Shown here piece after piece: positions 21,190-30,200 of a stretch of 64,000 nucleotides of DNA; positions within the stretch are counted from its first letter, which is position 1; every line of letters begins with the position of its first letter. This stretch comes from Naegleria gruberi. Its lineage: Eukaryota. The stretch is from the NCBI GenBank assembly GCA_000004985.1, contig GG738845.1; one strand, 5' to 3'. The notes under the pieces were generated by a model. That model was not told the DNA's origin, did not search any database, and saw only the letters and a program-made list of their open reading frames with translations. Made by a program: the position numbers and the translations under genes.

Positions 21190-22749
21190 TTACTTTTCCA
21201 TGATAACATCTTGACCACTCAACATGAAAGGAACAAGTGGCTTTGGAATTTTAACACCTAATTTACCGTTTTCATCATAAAATTGATTATTCTCTAAAAT
21301 AGTAATGATGGCTCTAGGAACAGCCATTGCAGTACCATTTAACGTATGTGGATAAACAGTAGTATTGTTAGATCTGTATCTGATATTCAATTTACGAGAT
21401 TGGTAATCAGTACAGTTGGAAGCAGAAGAAACTTCACCATAACCTAAACGGCTTGGAATAAATGCTTCCATATCAATCTTTCTGAAAGCAGGATTTCCCA
21501 AATCATTACAAGGCATGTCAAGAATTTGGAAATGGAATCCCAATTCACTAAATATTTCTTCTTGAATGGAAACAATTTCATCTAAGAGAGCTTCACTTTG
21601 TTCAGGTTCACAATAGACAAACATTTCAACTTTGGTAAATTGATGTACACGATAGAGTCCTCGATCCTTGCTTCCTGCAGCTCCTGCTTCAGTTCTGAAG
21701 CAATGAGAAAGACCAGCATACTTCAATGGTCCCTTGAAATTAGGCATGAATTCATTACAATGGAGAGCAGCCAAACCTATTTCACTTGTACCAATCAAGC
21801 ATAAAGAATCATTACAAGTTTCACCATTCTTAGTGGTGGTTGGTTCTTGATTTGAATTTTCAATTCTATAGATTTGAGAGTGTTCACCTCTTGGTTGGAA
21901 ACCACATCCTTCAACAATTGATTGCTTCATCAATTCTGGTGGCATGATGATTTTAAAGCCACGTTTTAACAATTTGGAGATGGCAAAATTTTGCAAGGCA
22001 ACTTCCAATAAGACACCTTCATTCTTCAAGAAGAAAAATTTGGAACCGGAACATTCATTGGCAGGTTCAAACAAGTCCAACTTTTCACAAATTTCATAAT
22101 GTGATAATTTTGGAATTGTTTCCTTCTTTTCTCCAACATACTTGACAAGATTTGGTTGATTGGAATTTTCTTTAGAGAACTTCATGACACCTTCTTCGGT
22201 AAAGTTTGGTAATTTAACTGTCTTTTCACACAATTCTTGATACACTTCGTTTTTAATCTTTTCTAAATTTTGAATTTTAGTTTTAAATTCCTTTCCGATA
22301 ACTTTCCAACTATCTGCTTTTTTGTTTTCCAAATCTTCTTTGATTAAATTTTTAATTTCAATAGGAACTTGTTCCGATGTTCTTTTACCTGCCAAGTATT
22401 CAGCAATTTCCTTTCTAAGATATTGCACTTGTTCATATTCTTGATCAATTTGAATATATTGTTCATAATTTTTCAACACTTGGTCTAAATCAATATTTAA
22501 TTCTCTCAATTTAATATTTTCCTTCATTTCATCTTGTTTTTCAATCATCTTTTCAAAATTATAATTGTATGGTAAATTCTTGGCCTTGTGTTCTTGTTGT
22601 TGGCTTGCTGCTACATTATTGGTATGGAATGTTCTAGCAGTGTTATTATTACTAGTCATACGAATTAACCATGATCTACAACTAGCCCGTGCTGATGATG
22701 CGCACGAGCGTAAAAGTGATGAAGGAAGGCTTTTATGATGATGAAACAT
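21190..22749 (-). CDS. Seryl-tRNA synthetase of the eukaryotic cytosolic type, with a roughly 70-aa presequence-like N-terminal extension.
   Basis: Class II motifs are present: 'FRTEAGAAGSKDRGLYRVHQFTKVE', 'SSASNCTDYQSRKLNIRYRS', and the eukaryotic C-terminal 'PFMLSG'. The first ATG has an A-run context. Confidence 0.8.
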   Translation of the reverse strand: MFHHHKSLPSSLLRSCASSARASCRSWLIRMTSNNNTARTFHTNNVAASQQQEHKAKNLPYNYNFEKMIEKQDEMKENIKLRELNIDLDQVLKNYEQYIQIDQEYEQVQYLRKEIAEYLAGKRTSEQVPIEIKNLIKEDLENKKADSWKVIGKEFKTKIQNLEKIKNEVYQELCEKTVKLPNFTEEGVMKFSKENSNQPNLVKYVGEKKETIPKLSHYEICEKLDLFEPANECSGSKFFFLKNEGVLLEVALQNFAISKLLKRGFKIIMPPELMKQSIVEGCGFQPRGEHSQIYRIENSNQEPTTTKNGETCNDSLCLIGTSEIGLAALHCNEFMPNFKGPLKYAGLSHCFRTEAGAAGSKDRGLYRVHQFTKVEMFVYCEPEQSEALLDEIVSIQEEIFSELGFHFQILDMPCNDLGNPAFRKIDMEAFIPSRLGYGEVSSASNCTDYQSRKLNIRYRSNNTTVYPHTLNGTAMAVPRAIITILENNQFYDENGKLGVKIPKPLVPFMLSGQDVIMEK

Positions 22750-22854
22750 TTTTTAAAATAAATTTAAATAATTATTTTATTTAACCTATCAATTTTCGTT
22801 GTTATTCACAAGCGAAACAAGAAGTTTAACTGAGAGAATATTTGGAACATATAT

Positions 22855-24291
22855 TTATTTGACCTCTTTGACCTTTAAACCAAAATTCAAGTGAATATTA
22901 ACTTTGTAAATTCTATGTAAATCGGCCAAGGCATAGGTGTGAATATATTTTAAGGATTGTTGAATGATTTTGAGTTGACTGTTTGTTCTCGCAATTAAGT
23001 CAGCATCAATGATTAAATGTTCACCAGATTTTGACAATTCCAATTTGGTAATATTAATTACAGTTTGATATGGAATTTCCTTATTACATCTTCTATAGAG
23101 CTTCTCTCTAATAATTTCCTTAATAGTGTCCATGGTTGTGATTCCAGGAGTAACTTGATCCTTATCGAAAAACCATTTTCTGTCACGGGTCTTTTCACAC
23201 AAGTATTTGATAACACTTTCCATACCATACCCAGTCTTGGCACTGATAATAAAGGCCTGATTGAAAACCCCTGAACGAACCAATTCAAATCTATATTCTT
23301 CACATCTATCCATTTCAACCATATCAGATTTGTTAATGAGGGCACACAAGTGGAATTGCTTATCTTTCTTTGCATAATTGGCAATTAAATCCAAAATATG
23401 ATCAATTTCTCTCAATGGTTTAGTAACATCAATTAAAAGTAAAACAACATCTGCCAAATCCAATGTTAAGCATGATTCCTCTTGTAATCCTTCAATGGTT
23501 TCTCTGGCAGTTTTATCTGTTTTCAATCTAGAATATTCCATATTCAATATACCTGGTGTATCAAAAAATACAATTTGATTCTCCTCATTATTTAACACAG
23601 CCAATGATCTAGAACGTGTTGTTTGAGTTTTTGGTGAAACTGCCGAAACCTTTCTTGAAACAAATCGATTCAAAATTGTCGATTTACCAGCATTAGGATT
23701 ACCAACAATTGTTACCTTCACTACTTTAGAATTCTTTGGTGAATGTTCAGCTGTACGTTTAAAGATTTTATGTAAATTCTCCAAAGTGAGTTCAATCTTT
23801 TCCTCCTTAGTTAACATATCCTTGAATGAAACTCTTTCCTGAACAGTGTTTTTAGCCTTCTTGTTATTTGTATCTATTTTCGACAGCTCATTGGAAGTTT
23901 GTTGTTCCTCTTGTTCAATAGGCTCATCAACAATATTCAATAATTCCTCACGTTTTTTCAAATCTTTATAATCATTCGGAAATTGTTTTTCAATGAATTG
24001 GTCCACTTTTTCACTAGTAAATAATTGATTAATTTTACTTTTAAATTGATCCTTTGGAATTTGTTGTTTTACTTGATTAATCTTTTGTTCAATTTTCTTA
24101 CGTTTAGATAAAATTGAATAATTGGCAGTGTTGTTATTAGTTGTTAATATTCCTCCTCCGATAATCCTTGATAATAAATTATGACCAGTATTATTATTAA
24201 ATATTGTTCTTCCTCCTATCAAAAAGCCACCTCCTCGTGATGTTGTTGTTGTTGTGGCTGTTGTTGAATAATTTATCAAATGTTTTCTCAT
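22855..24291 (-). CDS. Era-family GTPase with a C-terminal KH domain and an N-terminal extension.
   Basis: G1 'GNPNAGKST', G3 'DTPG' and G4 'NKSD' are present, with a KH-like C-terminus. The N-terminus reads 'MRKHLINYSTTATTTTTSRGGGFLIGGR'. Confidence 0.6.
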   Translation of the reverse strand: MRKHLINYSTTATTTTTSRGGGFLIGGRTIFNNNTGHNLLSRIIGGGILTTNNNTANYSILSKRKKIEQKINQVKQQIPKDQFKSKINQLFTSEKVDQFIEKQFPNDYKDLKKREELLNIVDEPIEQEEQQTSNELSKIDTNNKKAKNTVQERVSFKDMLTKEEKIELTLENLHKIFKRTAEHSPKNSKVVKVTIVGNPNAGKSTILNRFVSRKVSAVSPKTQTTRSRSLAVLNNEENQIVFFDTPGILNMEYSRLKTDKTARETIEGLQEESCLTLDLADVVLLLIDVTKPLREIDHILDLIANYAKKDKQFHLCALINKSDMVEMDRCEEYRFELVRSGVFNQAFIISAKTGYGMESVIKYLCEKTRDRKWFFDKDQVTPGITTMDTIKEIIREKLYRRCNKEIPYQTVINITKLELSKSGEHLIIDADLIARTNSQLKIIQQSLKYIHTYALADLHRIYKVNIHLNFGLKVKEVK

Positions 24292-24556
24292 TGTTTTTGC
24301 TTTTTTTCAAAAAAATTAAAATCAAAATTTTTGATGATTTAAAAATGTAAATTCAATCAAAAATTAAAGAACACAGGAAAATATTTTGAAACATGTTAAG
24401 AAAGAGTACTAATTAGAGGATTTTTTATGTAATTTGTAAATGTCCCCTCTCGCCTTGGTATTGTCCTAATGTGGCTTTTACGATTGTGATGTGAGAATCA
24501 GTTTCGAATACAGCAATATAAGAAGGATAAAAAACTATCAAAACATCTCTCAGAAA

Positions 24557-25999
24557 ATGCGTCCATTATTACTTGGCAAACACTCTACCCATTCTAATAG
24601 TGTAGGAACGTTTCAACAACAGGATAATCATCACCAATATATATATCCCAATAATAATAATGGCCTTTCGAATAATAATCAACTAAAATCCAATAGTCCT
24701 AATTCGTCTCATGATAACATGACGCCTCTCCTTTTAAAAAATAGAATGACAGCTCCTAAAGCAATTGATAAAGAAATTAGTAAATGGTCTTGTCAAGATG
24801 TTGGTATTTGGTTAGATTGGATGAAACTATCACACTTGAAACCGATATTTATTCAAAATCAGATAAGTGGAGATGAATTATTGGAATTAACGGATGCTGA
24901 AATAATTAATGATTTGAAAGTTAGGGACGAATATGAACGAAAGTTAATTAAAGAATTAATTGATAATAGGGAAGTTTGGATGAAACGAGGAAGTAAAAAA
25001 CTTTCAAATGATAGTTTGGATTCTTTGGAAGAATATCCGAAACCAATTTCACCCATTAACATGAGTCCACAAGCAGTGAAATATCAAGTTTTGAATCAAA
25101 AACCTATATTTCCCAATACAAAAAGTTCATTAGAATTGGATGAATTTTCAGATTGTGATGATTTGACAAGTGTTGGAGGAATATTTCTTGACAGATCAAC
25201 TATTGCTTCTCAAAAATTGGAAGTATTATTAGAAACTCTCTATAAGGATGTAGGAAATGTAAAATTCAAAGTTTACAGAGGTAGTGATATTTATCTGATA
25301 ACTCAAAAACGTTCTCAACTCTCATTCACCTCACTCAAATTGGAAATTATTGAGAGATATCAATGTGTCAAACCAACAATACTTTACAAGACGAGAGACG
25401 GTGATTTTATTATAATTAATAGGGACGAGGATTTGGCAAGAGTTATTTCTTCCTATCATCAGAATGGAGGCGATGTTTCTCAGCCAATCAAGTTACAAAT
25501 TGAAACTAATGATTTGCCAATTGGATTGATTACTGCAACATCAACAGGTACGAATAGCAACACAAATTCCAATGCCACAAATCAGATGAGCAATAATCAT
25601 CATAGTTTGCATAGTCCTCGGGAGTGGACTTATTCATCAGATCAATCTCAAAGCTCAACCAACAGCCTACCTCCAAATAATCAACTAGCTCAAAAATTAA
25701 TTGAATTGGAATTGGAAAATATTGAGAAAAATAATTCAATAAGAGAACTGGAAATCAGATTACATAATCAACAGGTTGAACATGAAAAGCAAACAACCTA
25801 TTCAAAATCTTTGCAGGACGATATTTCTACTCTCAAAATGCAACTCTATTCCTATAAGAATGGTACAGTGTTTAACCCATCGGGCTCTTTGAGCAAACAG
25901 GAAGAAATTAGTGAATATATCAAATTATGCAAGTCCTTACAATCATCACTCGCAACTGCTCAGAATAAGCTATTCGAATTACTTGGAAATCAATTGTAA
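24557..25999 (+). CDS. SAM-domain plus PB1-domain protein with a coiled-coil C-terminus.
   Basis: The SAM domain reads 'WSCQDVGIWLDWMKLSHLKPIFIQNQISGDELLELTDAEI'. A PB1-like region reads 'VKFKVYRGSDIYLITQKRSQLSFTSLKLEIIERY...ILYKTRDGDFIIINRDEDL'. The first ATG is at 24557. Confidence 0.5.
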   Translation: MRPLLLGKHSTHSNSVGTFQQQDNHHQYIYPNNNNGLSNNNQLKSNSPNSSHDNMTPLLLKNRMTAPKAIDKEISKWSCQDVGIWLDWMKLSHLKPIFIQNQISGDELLELTDAEIINDLKVRDEYERKLIKELIDNREVWMKRGSKKLSNDSLDSLEEYPKPISPINMSPQAVKYQVLNQKPIFPNTKSSLELDEFSDCDDLTSVGGIFLDRSTIASQKLEVLLETLYKDVGNVKFKVYRGSDIYLITQKRSQLSFTSLKLEIIERYQCVKPTILYKTRDGDFIIINRDEDLARVISSYHQNGGDVSQPIKLQIETNDLPIGLITATSTGTNSNTNSNATNQMSNNHHSLHSPREWTYSSDQSQSSTNSLPPNNQLAQKLIELELENIEKNNSIRELEIRLHNQQVEHEKQTTYSKSLQDDISTLKMQLYSYKNGTVFNPSGSLSKQEEISEYIKLCKSLQSSLATAQNKLFELLGNQL

Positions 26000-26017
26000 T
26001 TTATACATTTTGTACAC

Positions 26018-27196
26018 TTAATAACAAATAAATGACTTTTCAGGATCAAAAGCATTTTGAGCACTAATTGCCTTTGGTTGCCACTCATCCTCCACAAAAC
26101 TTCCTTCAACCTTAATTTGCTTTTTTTCTCCTTTTCCATTCTTTGATGCAAAGAGGAAAGATCCAGAACTGTTTGCTGGTGTTTGGTTAAAGTTCTTAGA
26201 TTCATAGGTAGTCCCACCAGGCATCACCCAAGTACCAGTCTTGATTTGACCATTCTCCCAATGTGCTGCCTTATATGTACTATTATTTGAAGCAAAGTAA
26301 TAGTCACCCACTCCATGTTTTTGGTTATTCTTCCATTCTCCATTGTAAATGTCACCATTTGCATAGTACATAATACCCTTTCCGTGCTTTTTACCATCAA
26401 AGAATTGGCCAATATACAGAGAACAATCCTTATACCTCATGATTGATTTATCATTGAGTTCAATTGATGGATGTTCTGTATTTTCAGGCACATGTTTTGG
26501 TTCAAGTACAGTTTGTTTCTTGTCCTTACAATAGGATCCTTCATAGAATGGATAAGGCCCATATTTAAGAACATAAAAAACTCTATTTGGTCCAAGTTTC
26601 TTGAATGGTTCCAATGTTGAAATGTAATCTGAAGCTTCTTGTAACTTCAAGTCATCATTTAATTCCTTAGCAAGTATTTCTTTAACTTTTTCATCTTCCT
26701 TCATTTTGACAATTTCCAAATCAACTGGTGGTATCGATTTTTGGGAGTTGTGTTGAGAGTAGTAAATATAGAGACAATCCTTTCCATGTTTCAAGTTTTG
26801 TTCGTAACCTCCCTTGTATTCATCAAAGTTGGAATAGATTGAACAACCCAATCCTTCTCTTTCATTAAATTCATTTACTCCACCCGAATATAATCCAAGT
26901 CTCAAAACCATTTTAATTCTGTTCTCATCTAATTGTTTTGATTCAACAGTAGATGCAATAAATCCTTCCTTATCAAAATCATCCTCAGCTGGCTCATCTT
27001 CTTTTTCACCATCTTCCTTATCCTTTTCTTTTTGATGGGCCTCCCTAGCACTAATATACAAATCCCAAATCATTTTATCAACTTTTTTAAATCCAGTCTC
27101 TTCATCAACCTCATCATAATTGTATGTTGGGGCTTTTACTTCTTCTTCCTCTTGTTCAGAGTTGTTTTCATCATCGTCATCTACGTCTCTTGGCAT
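26018..27196 (-). CDS. MORN-repeat protein with an acidic N-terminus.
   Basis: The reading contains 'YIGQFFDGKKHGKGIMYYANGDIYNGEWKNNQKHGVGDYYF'. Confidence 0.5.
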   Translation of the reverse strand: MPRDVDDDDENNSEQEEEEVKAPTYNYDEVDEETGFKKVDKMIWDLYISAREAHQKEKDKEDGEKEDEPAEDDFDKEGFIASTVESKQLDENRIKMVLRLGLYSGGVNEFNEREGLGCSIYSNFDEYKGGYEQNLKHGKDCLYIYYSQHNSQKSIPPVDLEIVKMKEDEKVKEILAKELNDDLKLQEASDYISTLEPFKKLGPNRVFYVLKYGPYPFYEGSYCKDKKQTVLEPKHVPENTEHPSIELNDKSIMRYKDCSLYIGQFFDGKKHGKGIMYYANGDIYNGEWKNNQKHGVGDYYFASNNSTYKAAHWENGQIKTGTWVMPGGTTYESKNFNQTPANSSGSFLFASKNGKGEKKQIKVEGSFVEDEWQPKAISAQNAFDPEKSFICY

Positions 27197-27223
27197 TTTT
27201 TTTGAATAGATGTTGTAAATTTA

Positions 27224-27267
27224 TTTGGCGCCAAACATTTTAAAATCATTTCAGCGCCAAAAAAAAA
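27224..27267. promoter_or_regulatory. A 70-bp bidirectional promoter carrying a palindromic E2F/DP-like site TTTGGCGCCAAA (27224..27235) and a second GCGCCAAA half-site (27252..27261).
   Basis: The site lies between the divergent ATGs of the MORN gene (27196, minus strand) and APC1 (27267, plus strand). The same motif is found upstream of other cell-cycle genes in the window. Confidence 0.5.
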
Positions 27268-30200
27268 TGAAAAATCATCATCACAATCCTGTTCTCACGC
27301 TCATCAACAAGGAACCTCTATCACTTTCGAATAGTAAATACACACTAACGAAGATATTCACATTTATAAACAAGGGAAGAGAGGAGAGGATCGTAATTCA
27401 AATACCTACGGAATTAAATAACAAGGAATTAGAGCCTCCACAAGTTATTTGGTATTATGGAAGTTCGGATGCTCTCCGAGTACACAGAAAATATAAATTT
27501 AGCAGTCATCAACATCATCCGAATATTCCTATTATTCCAAATGATGTTTGCTTGTGTACTTTCTCATCAAATGAAAAAATGTTGTGTATATTATTGGATA
27601 ATTCAAGGATTGAAATTTATGGCGAGTCTGGAAGATCTTTTATTGTTTCTTTGCCATGTAAAATGAGCAAAATTTGGAGCTTAAATGATGAATATTTATT
27701 AGTGGAACGGAAAATAGTCAACCCAGATCCATCTAGCACTATTCCTATTATTTATTATTTAACACATCCATTGGAAGATTTAAAAGCTCTTGCATCTGTT
27801 GTTGATAATCAATCAAATGATATGGAAGATGATATATTAATGACTGAGCCAATATATGATTACTTGAAAAGTGAAGAGGAAGTCATTGCTTACATATTTT
27901 TGAACTTGTTCATGATTACCTTCAATACTAACACCAAAATATTGTCAATATATTCAATAATGGAAGAAGGTTTTGTTCAAAGAATACCATATGCTGATAA
28001 TAATGATTTCTCAGACTATTTGAAATGCAATTTGGAAACAGTTCAAATTTCAATCTTTCCACAAAATAATTTTGGTACTGAGTATACCCTCTTTTTGATT
28101 AATAACAATAGCCTATTTGCTTTCACCATCTTCAGAAATGATCTAGAAGAGGCATTCATTCTTAAACCAAAATTTTTCAAAGAAGGTGTTGTATCCATTT
28201 CTGAATTTAACTACCCTCTAGCAAATGAAACACTTTTTAATGGAAATATAGAGGGATTCTTACATTTGATGATCTTGGCAGAAAATTCCAATTACTCTTT
28301 AATATTAGTTTTGGATGGTGAGTTCATCATGTGGGAACAAGCCCTTGACAGTCAATATTCAAAGATTGAACATCTTGTGGACAATAGACTCTCCCTTAAA
28401 ACAGCCGACTACTCTCTAAGATATAGACTTGATATTTGCCCTAATTCGAAACTAGTACAAGATTGTCTCTCAGTCTTTCAATCAGTCCTAACAAAGGACT
28501 TATTTTCGAGTATTTTCTACGACTTTCAAACATCTAGGATTGGAAATGCTAATGACTGGGATATTTTCATTAACCTGTTAAATTATTTAACATTTGGAGT
28601 TGAACCAAATAGTCCCACCACTCAGGAATCTGATCCATGGAAATTAATGGAACTTATCCATACAAAAAATAGTGCCACATCAAGTCAAATATTCAATACA
28701 TCCAAACTGAGAACAAACAAACAGGTACTTATCCAAAACTTGCCTTTGATTCTGATTTCAATACACTTACTCTACGAAAATTACAAATTACACACCTCAG
28801 AGTGGAACAATGTAGAAACTCTTGTCAGATACCTTTTCAATCTTTCAAACAAATTGAAATGGAAAGCATTTAGTGAAGTTTACCAAAGGGACTTTAATTA
28901 CACCTTGACTTTGACAGTGCCATCTAATCCAGTTGACATTGAGTTCCCGGTTGTTGAAAAGATTAAATTCCTCAACAATTACTACACAACTGGTATAATT
29001 GCACCAACCATTTTAGGATGGATTGAAGAAATATTTATCAATAAGAGTTTAAATGTTGATCTAATGTATCCTTCAATCACTAATTGCTCGGCAACAAGTC
29101 TTTCAAGAAAGATTTGCAGGTTTTTCTCTTTACTTGTTACCAATAAGGAAGATCTTTACAATGTTGAGAGCAATAATAACAGTGTTTCAATGGATATCAA
29201 CGGTTTACAAACAGGGCTACTTGATTTACCTCCACACGAACGTGTAGCAATAGCTTTATTACAAGAGGGCTTCTCTAGTGTTGATGGATTGAGTTTTTTA
29301 CCATTTAGTGTCTCACTTCCAATAAGAGAGGCTTTAGTACAATGTAGAAACAGCATTCAACCTGTAACCAGAACCCCTGAATACTGTAAGCTCATAGAAA
29401 GAGAGGATTTGGCTGTCAATAATCAAGCCCAATCTGAATCCGAAGTTCTACTGGATGGAAATCAAATCGTTTCAGAATTTACAAAAACGCTGGGAACAGG
29501 AGTCCCTTCTATTGCCAGTAATCAAGATTCTGAGGATGATATAGGTCATATGATTTGGAGTGAAGATAGGAGACTTGAGCAAGTGAGTAAAATGCTAGAT
29601 AGTAGTATACCTACTCAGATTCAAAAGCATACACTTCAACTTAGCGAGGATGATTTGGATGGTTTTGATCCTAACGATGCACCAGAATTACAACGTAAAA
29701 TCCTACTCAACATGAAGCAACAAGTTCTTTCATTCTGTATTGGAAGAGGAATGCTTTCCATTGCCAGCAAGAAGAATAATAATTCAGGATCTGTTTCTAA
29801 TGATACCACGAGTAATATTTTGACAATACCTCCAATAGTTTTATCATCCAAACTTAAAAGAAATAGAGCTATTATGACCATAGATGTATCAAAAATAGTA
29901 CCAGAAAATGAAATTTCTGCCTCGTGCAGCACTCAATGGGCTGAATTCCATAATGGGGTGGCCTCTGGATTAACAATTGGAAGAGACTCTAAAATAACGA
30001 AAGAGTGGATAATGTTCCACAAGCCAAACAAGAGGGCTGGACAGTTTATGAACAAGACTTCAAACGATAGTGTCTCTCATGCTGGCCTCTTATTAGCCTT
30101 AGGTCTACAAGGTCATTTGACATGTCTTGGACCAACTGATATTTATGGCTATCTTCAACAGAGACACGAAGCAACCACTATTGGAATTTTACTAGGATTA

